DNA of 64,000 nt from assembly GCA_021850805.1 (NCBI GenBank), contig JAJZKO010000003.1:8246-72245 (forward strand), given 5' to 3'. The number at the start of each line of letters is the position of its first letter. Within the stretch, counting starts at the first letter, position 1. The stretch is from Candidatus Micrarchaeota archaeon (GTDB lineage: Archaea; Micrarchaeota; Micrarchaeia; Micrarchaeales; CABMGC01). A program made the position numbers and the translations under genes. Positions 32,853-43,588 of this stretch are shown here, in pieces. The notes beneath the pieces are model-generated. The model searched no databases. It saw nothing but the letters and a program-made list of their open reading frames with translations, and had not been told where the DNA came from.

Positions 32853-35606
32853 TCAGCTGCTGTTGTATAAGATCCTGAATACTTTCGTATCAGAATTGGA
32901 GTATACCTGCTGCATCCTGGCTACGGTCCCATTGGTATTCCATTCACATACATTATTGTTGCAGAAGTAAAGCAGTCTTATGAAATTGCTCTGTGCAAGT
33001 TCCGTGCCCATCATAAGCGCTCCTGTCATATTGCTGAAAGGCGGTTTGATCTCCGGGGGAGTTGTAGGGTTTGGAATACCCGAATAAGTTATCATGAACA
33101 TATCCCCATTAGTGTTGTTAAGCGTCTGTTTCAGGATGCTGTAATTCCCATCATTCTGATTATAAAATGCAACATATGAAAATGGCGAGAGAACTGTCTG
33201 CCCTGCCTTGGTATGCTCAACAACATACGCTCCTACCTCGCTTTGATTTGTCACGCTGACAAGTACCTTATATCCGCTGCTGCTTCCGAAGATGTAGTCT
33301 ATGCTGTTGCCGCTGACCGAAGGGCTGAAGTTGTTGAATTGTATATACCCGTAATAGCTCTCATTCAAGCTTATGTTGGCCTCGGTGTATATTCCGCTCA
33401 ATTCGTTAAGCCATGCATATCGTATCAGGAAATAGTCAGGTCTACCATTTATGTTGCTGGTTAAGAACTTCGGATCAGGGCTTGAATTAAGCAGCCAGGC
33501 AGCAAAAGGGTCTGCCTTGGAGGCATTCTGCGAGCCAACGCTATCCGTAACGCTTATCCTCTGTGCCCATCCTTCTATCACACTCCCATCCGGCCAGAGC
33601 GTAAGGAATGTGCTATTTGCAGGGGTATTTGTGCGTATCCAGTTCAGTGCGCTGAGGAATGTTGGATTTACAAAGTCCGCCTGCGTTACGTCTGAAGAAT
33701 ATGCTATGTCAAAATAGCCCAGCACAAATATTATCAGCACAACCATGAAAAGGTATTTGCTATTTACGCTGCTCAAGAAAAGATAGGAATAAACGCTTAT
33801 TGCAAGGGCAACGCCAAGCAGTATTACTGCATAAACTAATCCTAAAGTTATCTGCAGCGCATTAAACTGGAATGCAAAGAAAGCAATGGAAAAAGCAGCG
33901 AGCAAAATGGCCCACAGGCGTTTTCTTTCCTTAGCTACATTATCCTTAAACGGTCCGTACTGGGAGAACAGAAGCAGGGAGACTATTATAAAAGCCGCCG
34001 CAAGAACTAGCGATAGAAAGACACCTATACCTGCAAAATTGTAAAGCTCTATACCTATTCCAAAGCTCACGAATACAGAAAGAAGCCCATCTGAAAGCAT
34101 ATGGAGCCTTCCTTTGCGAATAGAATTAATTATCAGCCAGTATACGGTATAAGCAGAGAATATTGCTATCGGCACAGCGACAAGGGAATTGAATCTTATT
34201 GCATGTATCTGCAGGTAAGCTGTTACAATAAAATATGCAGCAAATGCTGCGAAAGCTTCTCCAGCTTCAAATCTTATCTTCGGTATTCCTGATATTATGC
34301 CTTTACCTGAATCGTAAACCTGCATAAAGAAGTAAGGCAGCATTGTTGCGAGCAGTATTACGAAATCTATGAAGAAGTATACTGTGGATATGTTGCATGA
34401 TGGCGAATTAAGGTTTAGTACTGCGGCAAGCGCCATGAAAATTGATGTAGGGTTAGCAAAGAGGTTTATCCCGAAACTGTCAAACAGGAAACTGAAGCTT
34501 GGTGGCTGGAGCTCTTGTATGGTCGCACTGAATTTATTGTTTATTATCGCTCCGTTATCTACAAACACCGAACAGAGGAATGGATGGGCGAAAATATCAA
34601 GCGCTATTATAAAAACTGCGGCTATGGCGACCGCATATATAATTTTAGCTTCAGACGTATAAAAACCATCTGCGGCAAGCTTCTTGAAGATGCTGCGCCT
34701 TTCCCCGTAACCAAGGCCCAGCCACGCCGCAATGGTAATAATGAGTATGGCTACAAAGTAGATTCCAGTAAGCGGCTGGACTATTATGAATCCCAGCGCT
34801 TCGTACGATCTCACGAGGAGCCACCATATCACAAGGGCAAGTGCCATATACGTTACGTTTGATCTGAGCCTCTTGTTGTCATATACGAATCCCAAAAGCA
34901 TTATCAGGAGCATTGCAAGGTAATAGACTGCAGTGGCGAACGGCGCACCATTCCACACATAATTGCAGATGCTCAGAAAGATACCAGACATTGCCGCAAA
35001 AAGCAGCTTCCTTTTTTGTTTCTCCTCCCTGAAAATCTGCAGAGCAAAGACCAGTGACATTATCAGGAATATAGTAATGAATCCATCCCCTCTGTATACA
35101 AGCGCATTTGTCCTGGCTGCATCCCCTGAGCTTAGTGCGACAAAAGCCATTACCAGAAGGGCAAAAAACCTGTCTTTGCTTAGATATCTTGAGAGTAGGT
35201 ATGCCCCAAGCACATCAAAAATACCGAATAATACCGGTATAAGTCTCATTATTGTATAGTAATTTACGCCAAAATAGCGCAGTACCATATAAGGGATAAG
35301 GGTTACCTCATAAAGGCCATTCGGTTCTATTACGGGTGTGTGGGCAGGCCATCCAGAGAGGGCAGAATACTTCGGTATCTGGAAGTTATTCGCTACAGCC
35401 TGCCTTATTATGGAATAGTGATAAAACCCGTCTGGCTCAAAGAAACCCGTGAGGTGATACATACCCACCCTTAGGTAAATCGTAACCCCAAGGACTACTA
35501 CCACTCCTATATAAAAAAGCAGATTTTTAATATCGAATGAAGATAAGTTTCTTCTGCCGCCTGCAGCGTCATTATTGTTAAATAATCCCATTTTCATCAG
35601 AAACAC
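32853..35606 (-). CDS. aglB: STT3/AglB-like oligosaccharyltransferase (GT-C fold)
   Basis: 917 aa with at least 13 TM segments and a large C-terminal soluble domain. The first-loop FFEPDGFYHY resembles the STT3 EFDP-F-Y motif, and LWPDGS sits where WWDYG is expected after the last TM. The C-terminal domain is rich in N-x-S/T. Confidence 0.6.
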   Translation of the reverse strand: MFLMKMGLFNNNDAAGGRRNLSSFDIKNLLFYIGVVVVLGVTIYLRVGMYHLTGFFEPDGFYHYSIIRQAVANNFQIPKYSALSGWPAHTPVIEPNGLYEVTLIPYMVLRYFGVNYYTIMRLIPVLFGIFDVLGAYLLSRYLSKDRFFALLVMAFVALSSGDAARTNALVYRGDGFITIFLIMSLVFALQIFREEKQKRKLLFAAMSGIFLSICNYVWNGAPFATAVYYLAMLLIMLLGFVYDNKRLRSNVTYMALALVIWWLLVRSYEALGFIIVQPLTGIYFVAILIITIAAWLGLGYGERRSIFKKLAADGFYTSEAKIIYAVAIAAVFIIALDIFAHPFLCSVFVDNGAIINNKFSATIQELQPPSFSFLFDSFGINLFANPTSIFMALAAVLNLNSPSCNISTVYFFIDFVILLATMLPYFFMQVYDSGKGIISGIPKIRFEAGEAFAAFAAYFIVTAYLQIHAIRFNSLVAVPIAIFSAYTVYWLIINSIRKGRLHMLSDGLLSVFVSFGIGIELYNFAGIGVFLSLVLAAAFIIVSLLLFSQYGPFKDNVAKERKRLWAILLAAFSIAFFAFQFNALQITLGLVYAVILLGVALAISVYSYLFLSSVNSKYLFMVVLIIFVLGYFDIAYSSDVTQADFVNPTFLSALNWIRTNTPANSTFLTLWPDGSVIEGWAQRISVTDSVGSQNASKADPFAAWLLNSSPDPKFLTSNINGRPDYFLIRYAWLNELSGIYTEANISLNESYYGYIQFNNFSPSVSGNSIDYIFGSSSGYKVLVSVTNQSEVGAYVVEHTKAGQTVLSPFSYVAFYNQNDGNYSILKQTLNNTNGDMFMITYSGIPNPTTPPEIKPPFSNMTGALMMGTELAQSNFIRLLYFCNNNVCEWNTNGTVARMQQVYSNSDTKVFRILYNSS

Positions 35607-35639
35607 AGTAAATAGCCAAGCAGATATCTGATGGTTACT

Positions 35640-36863
35640 CTAGGCTCTGATTAAGTTTATAAACGTATCAGTCTGAAAACTGCACACTGCACCTACTGTC
35701 CATGCCTGAGGGTCGCATGCCTTGGTCTCCATATGCCCCATACTTATAATCTTTCCATGCGCATCCACGCCATAATACTCTGGAAAAGTGCCGATTTCCC
35801 TGCACGCACCGAGGACGGCCCTTTTTACTTTTTCATACTCCAAGTCAAGCCCTATTCTCCGTAGCCCCTGGGCTATCATCCAATTATCATGAGGCCATAC
35901 GGATCCGTTCTGGTACTTGTAAGGATTGAAGGTCTCTGAAAAAGAAGATTCTGTCCGTATACCATATGGAGTCAGCATATCTCTCTTCATAATCCGCCTT
36001 GCGACAGCCATGGCGCTGCCTCTGTCCAGTATGCCGGTAAACAGAAGCTGCCCAGGATTGCTTGTGACTGTCTCAACAAGATTGTCAGAGCCATCAAGTG
36101 CAATACCATAATAGCCTCTCTTATCCGACCAGAATCTGCCTATATTTGATTTTATCTGTGCTGCCATTGCACCTGTGTCATATTTTTGCCTTGCCTTGTC
36201 TACCCCCAACGCGCTGCTTATAGCGCCAAAATGCCTAAATGCCATGTATGCGTAGCCCTGCACCTCAACAACAGCAACTCTTCCTTCAAGGCTCTCAAGC
36301 ATGTTGCCTATCCCATCCTTCCAGCTCTGGGATGGCAAACCCTCACTCGGGTTCAATTTACTATACCTAATGAATCCATCGTGAAGCCCATAATCCGCCA
36401 TCCATCCTACGGCGCGCTCTATATTGCCATATATGGACCTTATGAAATCAATGTCACCTGTCTTGTCCAAATATGCGCCTGCACCTATTATAAACAACGG
36501 GGTGCTGTCCACGGAGAAGTATGCGGGCTTGCCGCCATGAAGCCAAGGTATGCCATTTTTATATGCCTCAACCGAAGAGCCGTCAGGGAAGAATTCATGC
36601 AGTATCTTTCCAGGTTCTTCACCATTCTTTGCATCCACCTTTGTTCCCTGAAGTCTTGCAAGTGATTCCAAGGAATGCTTTAGTATACGGCTGTCGTAGC
36701 CCAGCATCTGCATTCCTGATATTATGGAATCCCTCCCGAATAGTTCCATGAACTTTGGGTATCCTGCATAGAGATATCCACTCCCGGAGGTAAGCTTGGA
36801 AACGGCCGCATCAACAATCTCCGCGTTAAATGGGCGTTTCTTCAAGAATGCATCTGCCTGCAT
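35640..36863 (-). CDS. glycogen-debranching-enzyme-like protein (amylo-alpha-1,6-glucosidase / GDE_C, six-hairpin glycosidase)
   Basis: …ELFGRDSIISG…, GKILHEF…, QSWKDG…, VEVQGYAY…, NGSVWPHDNW…. Confidence 0.75.
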   Translation of the reverse strand: MQADAFLKKRPFNAEIVDAAVSKLTSGSGYLYAGYPKFMELFGRDSIISGMQMLGYDSRILKHSLESLARLQGTKVDAKNGEEPGKILHEFFPDGSSVEAYKNGIPWLHGGKPAYFSVDSTPLFIIGAGAYLDKTGDIDFIRSIYGNIERAVGWMADYGLHDGFIRYSKLNPSEGLPSQSWKDGIGNMLESLEGRVAVVEVQGYAYMAFRHFGAISSALGVDKARQKYDTGAMAAQIKSNIGRFWSDKRGYYGIALDGSDNLVETVTSNPGQLLFTGILDRGSAMAVARRIMKRDMLTPYGIRTESSFSETFNPYKYQNGSVWPHDNWMIAQGLRRIGLDLEYEKVKRAVLGACREIGTFPEYYGVDAHGKIISMGHMETKACDPQAWTVGAVCSFQTDTFINLIRA

Positions 36864-36867
36864 AAAC

Positions 36868-38133
36868 CTACCTTATTATTACCTTGTCTGACACGTCCAC
36901 TATGCGGTCTATCCCATATACTATGGGATTTCCAAAGCTCGTATTTATCACCAGCCTGCCATTCTTCACATCAACACTTGCCACTTTCCCTATAAGTGCG
37001 CCGAGCTCGTTTATCACTTCCTTGTCCTTAAACCTCTTCTTTCTAAGTTCCCTCCTCTTTATGAGGTTTAAAGATGAAGCTATTGCCGCTTCTATGATGA
37101 CACCTATTACAATATAATCAACAAGCTGGCTGAAGTATATCTGCCCTATTATCCAAGCTATAAATGAGTATGTAAGTATCCAGAAAACTGCAGCTGCACC
37201 CATATACGAACCATACTTGAGGCTCTTAAAATAATACTTGGTCCTGCGCATGTCAATAAATCTGCCTACTATATAGAGGGATAGCATTATGGGAATTATA
37301 AGCATGAATCCCTCTATGCCATAAGAGATCGACAAGAAACTGTCAGCAGTCATCTTCATCTCCTGGGTATAGCTTCCAACCCCTACAAAGATTGCTGCGA
37401 CAAGGAAAAGCAGCGATCCGAGGTAAAAGACAAAACTGCTCCTTTCTGCGCTGAATCCGAATCCCCTAAAGGAATTTATCAGCATATCTTCGAATCCAAA
37501 TCCCTTTACCATGAGATATGCGCCTATTATTATTACCGGAGGTATCCATCCTGCGCCGAGGAGGAAGCTTAGGGCTACAAGAAGAAACAATATTCCCGGC
37601 AGTCCAAAGACTATCTTTGCGTAGTGCGGTTCCTTCAATTTTTCAAGTATCGTGAAATACGCATTTTCTATATTTTCCGCCTGCTTTACCTTTACCACCC
37701 GCACGCCATTTATCCTTATTCTGGATTCGACTATGGGGAGAACCCTGTCATCGCTGGCACCATCGGTTACGAATATGCACGCGTCGGCTTTGTATCTTCC
37801 GAGCACAATGTCCAGCTGCCTTGCTATCTCCTTGTCAGCATCATAACCCTCTCTCTCGCTTCCGGTTATCGTTGCAATCTCAACTTCGTAGTCCTTTTCC
37901 TTGAGCGAATCGTAGAGCTTGACAGAATAAAACATCGCATTTCCATCAGTGTCTTGCGGATCGGCAAGGGCAAACTGCGAAGCTGCGCTAAGGTTCTGCA
38001 CCCTGCCCAGCAGGGGTCCGCTTATGCCTGTCTTCCTATACAAGTCGTTGTCTATGTCCACTCCCAATATCAGCAGCCGCTCATCCTTGTCCTTAAGATT
38101 TGGCTCACTTTTTTTTACAGGCATCAAAATCAT
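36868..38133 (-). CDS. DUF373-like membrane protein (N-terminal soluble acidic domain, about 7 TM, small C-terminal domain)
   Basis: LILGVDIDNDL…CIFVTDGASDDRVLPIV followed by TM helices. The family name is recalled from memory. Confidence 0.5.
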   Translation of the reverse strand: MILMPVKKSEPNLKDKDERLLILGVDIDNDLYRKTGISGPLLGRVQNLSAASQFALADPQDTDGNAMFYSVKLYDSLKEKDYEVEIATITGSEREGYDADKEIARQLDIVLGRYKADACIFVTDGASDDRVLPIVESRIRINGVRVVKVKQAENIENAYFTILEKLKEPHYAKIVFGLPGILFLLVALSFLLGAGWIPPVIIIGAYLMVKGFGFEDMLINSFRGFGFSAERSSFVFYLGSLLFLVAAIFVGVGSYTQEMKMTADSFLSISYGIEGFMLIIPIMLSLYIVGRFIDMRRTKYYFKSLKYGSYMGAAAVFWILTYSFIAWIIGQIYFSQLVDYIVIGVIIEAAIASSLNLIKRRELRKKRFKDKEVINELGALIGKVASVDVKNGRLVINTSFGNPIVYGIDRIVDVSDKVIIR

Positions 38134-38248
38134 TACTCAGGCAACCTATATTATTTTTATGCATGGAACCGCGGATAAGCGAAAAACGTGAAAAACCATG
38201 TTCCTTATATGTTTATAATTTTTTGTTCTGATACCATATGAGATAGAG

Positions 38249-38605
38249 ATGCTTCTTGGTATAAAGCGTATATACGACAAGGCGGGAATAACCGAGGGCA
38301 AAAGAGTTCTTGTCGATAGGCTATGGCCCAGAGGCGTAAAGCGCAGCACATCAAATATAGATGTCTGGCTTAAAGATGTGGCTCCTAGCACAGAACTTAG
38401 GGAATGGTTCTCCCATGATCCTGAAAAGTGGGAAGAGTTCAAGGAGCGTTACAGGAAAGAGCTCAAGGGCAGCAAGGCATTCGAAGAACTGGTTAAGATG
38501 GCAAGGGAAGGCGACATAACCCTGATATACTCATCGAAGGACGAGAAGCACAATAACGCAGAAGTCCTGCAGGAAGAGATACAAAAATCACTCAGCCACT
38601 CTTAA
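38249..38605 (+). CDS. DUF488 family protein
   Basis: KRIYD…VLVDRLWPRGVKR…DVWLKDVAPSTELREWF…ITLIYSSKDEKHNNA. Confidence 0.75.
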   Translation: MLLGIKRIYDKAGITEGKRVLVDRLWPRGVKRSTSNIDVWLKDVAPSTELREWFSHDPEKWEEFKERYRKELKGSKAFEELVKMAREGDITLIYSSKDEKHNNAEVLQEEIQKSLSHS

Positions 38606-39911
38606 GGTCCCCCATATTTGCGACTGCAAGGGGGATCAGCATCTCCTCCTTTGACATACCGCCATGATGACCCCTGAAGGAAACCTTTCTCATACCGTTC
38701 TCCTTATGCATATACCAGATCATATTATTCCTTCTTGGAAGCACCAGAACATCGCCCACCCTTGTCCTGAACTCAGTCTCAGGTTTCTTACTTCCAAAAA
38801 GCCCTTCGCGTATTGCATAATCCATGTCAACGAACTCTGCATCCTTCCCTAATTCCGATCTGAGGCTATCTATGGTGCCTTCTTTCATATCCTCCTTTAT
38901 GTAAAGAAACATATCGCGCGGACTTCCAGCAGGCGAGAGCCGTGCTCCATCCTTTTTCAGCCTGAAAGCACTCTCAAGTTTCTTCTTTCCATTGAGATAT
39001 ATTACCCTCGATGGATCCACGTCTATCTGGCCGTGGTCTGCAGTGATGACTATCCTTGTCTTACGAGCATACCTCATGTCCGTTCTCTCCACGAGCCTCC
39101 TCATTGCGAAAGAGAAGAGCGCTATCTCGTTTTTCGCCTGAACAGATGAAGGGCCATACTTATGCTCTGCATCGTCTATGCCTGACCAGTAGATGTAAAA
39201 GTATGATTTTCCCCTGGCCTTGCGCATTCCCTCTTCTATATTGGCAAGCATCTCCCCAAGAGAGGAATGCGGCATTATATTGGCTCCTTCAAAGAGCCTC
39301 TTTGAGTATACGCTTTTACAGACTGCTGACTTGAGCAGGGCATAGCTATCTATCCCCTCCTCGGCGAATAACTTCGAAAAAGGCCTTCCCATGAATAGGC
39401 GCGATCCGCTTATCTCCCCGGCAAGCGCATCAGGCTGCTCAGCGCCAAGTTTTCTGAATGGCAGGGTCTCTATTATTGAGTCTACCTTTTCCATGTATAT
39501 ATTCCATTCGGCAAGAAGATGCTCTGAAGGAAGAAGGCCCGTGCTCACTGTAGTGAGTGCCGCAGCAGTTGTCGAAGGAAATACGCTGGTAAGCGGGCAT
39601 ACAAAGCCATTTCTGTTCACAGCATCCACAAACGGCTCCCTGTGGGCATCAGTCCAGCTTTTGTAGCCGAATCCGTCCACCAGGAAGAAGAGAACAGTAT
39701 CCACATCTTCCCCGATTCCGCTCCTGCTTCTTATATCCCCCGGGAGCCCCGCGTGTACGTATCCGCTCCCCAGTGACTGTGCGACTGTAGGCATTATGTT
39801 GGAAAGGCAATAACCTTCATAATCAGGCCTTATGAAATCCCTTAAGAATCGGTTCTTAAGTATCCTGCTCTCCGGCTTTTCGTAGATCACGCAACCAACC
39901 TTGGGAATCAA
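38592..39911 (-). CDS. alkaline-phosphatase-superfamily protein (type I phosphodiesterase-like), second copy in the window
   Basis: FFLVDGFGYKSW…TSVFPSTTAAALTTVSTG…ITADHGQ…GHHGGMS. Confidence 0.65.
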   Translation of the reverse strand: MIPKVGCVIYEKPESRILKNRFLRDFIRPDYEGYCLSNIMPTVAQSLGSGYVHAGLPGDIRSRSGIGEDVDTVLFFLVDGFGYKSWTDAHREPFVDAVNRNGFVCPLTSVFPSTTAAALTTVSTGLLPSEHLLAEWNIYMEKVDSIIETLPFRKLGAEQPDALAGEISGSRLFMGRPFSKLFAEEGIDSYALLKSAVCKSVYSKRLFEGANIMPHSSLGEMLANIEEGMRKARGKSYFYIYWSGIDDAEHKYGPSSVQAKNEIALFSFAMRRLVERTDMRYARKTRIVITADHGQIDVDPSRVIYLNGKKKLESAFRLKKDGARLSPAGSPRDMFLYIKEDMKEGTIDSLRSELGKDAEFVDMDYAIREGLFGSKKPETEFRTRVGDVLVLPRRNNMIWYMHKENGMRKVSFRGHHGGMSKEEMLIPLAVANMGDLKSG

Positions 39912-39937
39912 CTACAGCTGCTTCCTAAGACAGTGCG

Positions 39938-40498
39938 TCATACGACTATCTTGCGCGCTTCGAACTTGCTTATCTGCGCGATATTCTTTATCGCATTAAC
40001 CCCGTCAGCCTGGAAGCTGTTGTCTAGGGCTGCCTTTATGAATTCCTCAAGCGTGACCTTCGACGCATACTCGGCAAAGAAATCGTCAAGAGCTTTTCTC
40101 ATCGCTGTCTTTTTCGTAGTTGCTATCTTGTTCCTTGTAACTACCATGGCCTTGAGAACGAACTCCTTTCCTTCCCTGTCTTTCAGCTGCTTTGTAATAT
40201 AAACCACGCTGGTATGCCTCCTTACAAGGGAGTGCACATACCCATACGTCTCCTCAAGAAATCCCAATTCGGTGTTCGCAGAGCTGCCACTCGCTTTTGT
40301 GACTCTAAGGCCCACGACGAAGAATGAGTGCTCCGGCTTGTTGGTAAGCCAGGATAGATTCACCTTTATCATCCTCCCGCCTACGAGCTTCTCATCGTCG
40401 GCAGGTATCTCGCCTATGACGTTCTCCCCAAAGAGTTTTGGAGAATAGACATTGAACCATTTCTTGTTCTTCCATTTTTCAGCAGATTTCTGAGCCAT
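39938..40498 (-). CDS. rps3ae: 30S ribosomal protein S3Ae (eS1)
   Basis: KKWFNVYSPKLFGE…GRMIKVNLSWLT…, a typical S3Ae. Confidence 0.9.
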   Translation of the reverse strand: MAQKSAEKWKNKKWFNVYSPKLFGENVIGEIPADDEKLVGGRMIKVNLSWLTNKPEHSFFVVGLRVTKASGSSANTELGFLEETYGYVHSLVRRHTSVVYITKQLKDREGKEFVLKAMVVTRNKIATTKKTAMRKALDDFFAEYASKVTLEEFIKAALDNSFQADGVNAIKNIAQISKFEARKIVV

Positions 40499-40502
40499 CT
40501 AA

Positions 40503-40961
40503 TCAGTCACTCTTTATAAGCAGTGCAACCTTATCAGGTTCGTATTTCCAGTCCGAAGGGAGCTCTCCTACCCTCTTGTAATATTTGGAAAGCCTCCAAA
40601 TCTTTGCTTCCACCCTGTTCAACCGTGTCTTGTTGTGCATATCATTATGGTTTGCCTTAAGGTGATTCCTCAGTCCTACAGCCCTCTTGAGCAGGTCCAT
40701 GAAATCCTGCGGCATTTCCGCCTTCTCGTCCACTTCTGCAAGTACCTCGTTCAGCCTCTTCCCAGTAGCACTCTTAATATAAGGCACTCCATGCTTCTCC
40801 TTTAGCACCTGCCCTATCATGGCATGGTGCATTCCCTGCTTTGCGTACTCTTTCACGAGCTTGCGTATCTCCTTTTCATCTATTTGGGCTTCAACGGTAG
40901 TTGCAGAGAATACCTTCCTTGACTTTGATTTGCCTTTCTTCCTTGTATGCATTCTAGCCAA
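40503..40961 (-). CDS. rps15: 30S ribosomal protein S15 (uS15/S13e)
   Basis: MARMHTRKKGKSKS…LRNHLKANHNDMHNKTRLNRVEAKIWRLSKYYK. Confidence 0.9.
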   Translation of the reverse strand: MARMHTRKKGKSKSRKVFSATTVEAQIDEKEIRKLVKEYAKQGMHHAMIGQVLKEKHGVPYIKSATGKRLNEVLAEVDEKAEMPQDFMDLLKRAVGLRNHLKANHNDMHNKTRLNRVEAKIWRLSKYYKRVGELPSDWKYEPDKVALLIKSD

Positions 40962-41070
40962 TATAACACCAAAACTAACGTAGCAGCTAATGATTACTAA
41001 ATTATACAGTTATTTAATACAGATAATATTAAAAGCCTTGCTAGATATGCCTGACAGATTACTCGAAAGC

Positions 41071-43434
41071 TCATGTGCGGAGTTCTATGCTTATCCCAAG
41101 GTCATCTACTTTTGCCGAACCCTCCCCGATTGAGATTGAAGAGATATTCATTGCCCCTTTTATATCATCCTCCCCCTCGCCTATCCTCTCACTAATCACA
41201 AGCTCCTTAACCGGTGCATTGAGGGCCATCTTGATATTATGCTTTAGTATCCTTACTGACTCTAGCACCTTTGCCACTCTCCATCCGTGCTCCAAGGATT
41301 CCTTATTGTACGCAAACTCGCCAGATACTGGCCACTTGGATACGTGTATAGAGGTGCTGCCATCAACCTTCGAATATCGTTTGGCATATATCTCATCGGT
41401 TATATAAGGCATAAAAGGCGCAAGCATCTTTAGGATAGCAAGAAATACGCCGTCTAAATGCTGCCTTACTGAAGCGTCACCGCCATACACCCTGTACTTA
41501 ACAAATTCCAAATAATCGTCGCAGAAGATCCAGAAGAATCTCTCCACTTCCCTCCTTGCCGTATAATAATCATACTGCTCGAACAGGGACGTTACTTTCT
41601 CTATGGTAGTGCTGCAGATGGAGAGTATCCACCTATCTACGATATTCTTTCCTGCGCCTTCTTTCGCATCTGACGCTTCTGGATAGTTCATGGTTATGAA
41701 ATTATTGACGTTCCACAGCTTGTTGATTAGTTTTGAGCCGGCAACGAGCTCCTTCTCCTGGAAAGAAGCGTCGCTTCCAGGCGCAGATGAACTTGCCCAC
41801 CATCTAAGTGCGTCTGCCCCATATCTCTCGATTACCACCTTGGGCTCCACTATATTCCCAACTGATTTGTGCATGGGCGCTCCCTTCGAGTCAAGACCAT
41901 GCCCGGATATAAGCGCACTTTTCCACGGAAGTTTTCCCGTATGTAAGTAACTCTTGACTATTGTGGTGAAAAGCCAGAACGATATTATGTCGTGCGCCTG
42001 CGGCCTTAAGTCCATAGGGAAGATGCGCTCAAAGAGCCCGCTGTCCGTCTTCCATCTGCCATTTATCATAGGTGTAAGCGATGAGGTTGCCCAGGTGTCC
42101 ATTATATCGGTTTCCGGTTCGAACGATTCGCTTCCACATACGCATCTCTTTTCAGGCTGCTGCTCCAGAGGATTTACCGGGAGAGCGCCAATATCCGCAA
42201 AGACAGGCTCGCCACATTTCCTGCAGTACCATACGGGAAAAGGAACACCATAGTAGCGCTGCCTAGATATGGACCAGTCCCACTGAAGCCCTGAGACCCA
42301 ATTCTTATACCTCACTTTCATATACTCTGGATGCCAGTCCAGTTCCTCACCAAGCCCTATAAGCTTCTCCTTAATGTCAAGATATCGTATATACCACTGC
42401 TTCTTGACAAGAAATTCTATCTCCGTATTGCACCTCTCGTGCACGTTGACCGTATGGACTATCTCCTTCTCATCCAGAACGAGCCCCTTCTCCTTAAGCT
42501 CCTTTATTATCTCCTCCCTCGCTTCGCGTATCTTCATGCCTTTATACTTTCCGAGGAGCATCCTCCCATCTTCATCTATAGCAATCCTAAGCTCAAGGTT
42601 GTAAGCCTTATACCACTCTATATCTGTGAGATCCCCAAATGTGCAGCACATAACCACTCCTGTGCCCTTCTCCGGATCAACCCTCCTATCCCCAATCACC
42701 TTTACCTTGTTGCCGAAAAGCGGGACTGTAACGTCCATGCCTATCTTTTCTGCATTCTTCTCGTCCTTGTCATTCACCATCACGGCCACGCATGCGGGAA
42801 GCAGCTCAGGTCTGGTAGTTGCTATCTGTATCCCATCCGAGAATTGTATGGTTATAAACCTGGACTTGAAGTCCATATCCTTAAGCTCCATCTGCGATAT
42901 TGCAGTCTTGCACTTAGGACACCATATCGAAGGGCTTTCCTTCCTATAAGCGCGCCTCTCATTTGCAAGCATAAGGAAGGAGAGCTGCGATATCCTCTGC
43001 ACTTCCTTGCTTATTGTAGAATATCTGAGTGACCAGTCAACAGATATGCCTATCTGCGTCCATGTGCGCCTGTACATCTCCTCGTATTTCTTAGTCTCTT
43101 CCTCTACAAGCCTCGAAAACTTCTCCCTGCCCATATCCTCCGCTGTGGTCTTGTAGTTTCTTTCTACGAGTATCTCTGTAGGTATCCCATTGTTATCGAA
43201 GCCGAAAGGATAAAAGACGTTGTACCCGCGCATCCTCTTATATCTGGCAACGAAGTCGGCCTGCGAGTATGAATACGCGTGCCCTACATGTATTAATCCA
43301 GATATTGTCGGAGGCGGAGTGTCTATTGCATATACTTTTGCATTGCCGTTGCGCTCAAACCTATACACGCCGTTGCGCTCCCACGACTCGGCAAGCCTGG
43401 CTTCAACTTCCTTAAAATCATACTTTCCGCTCAT
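41071..43434 (-). CDS. valS: valyl-tRNA synthetase
   Basis: YAIDTPPPTISGLIHVGHA (HIGH), ARYKRMRGYNVFYPFGFDNNGIPTE, WCPKCKTAIS, DTWATSS and the KMSKS-like PMHKSVGN. The start is set at the ATG at 43434 (MSGKYDFKEVE…). The 77 upstream codons of the ORF look non-coding. Confidence 0.85.
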   Translation of the reverse strand: MSGKYDFKEVEARLAESWERNGVYRFERNGNAKVYAIDTPPPTISGLIHVGHAYSYSQADFVARYKRMRGYNVFYPFGFDNNGIPTEILVERNYKTTAEDMGREKFSRLVEEETKKYEEMYRRTWTQIGISVDWSLRYSTISKEVQRISQLSFLMLANERRAYRKESPSIWCPKCKTAISQMELKDMDFKSRFITIQFSDGIQIATTRPELLPACVAVMVNDKDEKNAEKIGMDVTVPLFGNKVKVIGDRRVDPEKGTGVVMCCTFGDLTDIEWYKAYNLELRIAIDEDGRMLLGKYKGMKIREAREEIIKELKEKGLVLDEKEIVHTVNVHERCNTEIEFLVKKQWYIRYLDIKEKLIGLGEELDWHPEYMKVRYKNWVSGLQWDWSISRQRYYGVPFPVWYCRKCGEPVFADIGALPVNPLEQQPEKRCVCGSESFEPETDIMDTWATSSLTPMINGRWKTDSGLFERIFPMDLRPQAHDIISFWLFTTIVKSYLHTGKLPWKSALISGHGLDSKGAPMHKSVGNIVEPKVVIERYGADALRWWASSSAPGSDASFQEKELVAGSKLINKLWNVNNFITMNYPEASDAKEGAGKNIVDRWILSICSTTIEKVTSLFEQYDYYTARREVERFFWIFCDDYLEFVKYRVYGGDASVRQHLDGVFLAILKMLAPFMPYITDEIYAKRYSKVDGSTSIHVSKWPVSGEFAYNKESLEHGWRVAKVLESVRILKHNIKMALNAPVKELVISERIGEGEDDIKGAMNISSISIGEGSAKVDDLGISIELRT

Positions 43435-43588
43435 AGGCCCAAACCACAAAGCAAGTTGGCGCTTCTCCAAAGAAAGCAGCACCAGACTAATCTTCAAGGC
43501 GTGATAATATATCTCTTTCCATGCATAAAAACAGAAGATGCTGTAGACCAGGCTGCCAACTAATATTAATCTATCCTTAAATACTAAA

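Noticed and set aside
42331-43032. A 233-aa plus-strand ORF and other plus-strand ORFs between 41075 and 43504.
   Set aside because: They are antisense to valS and have no motifs.
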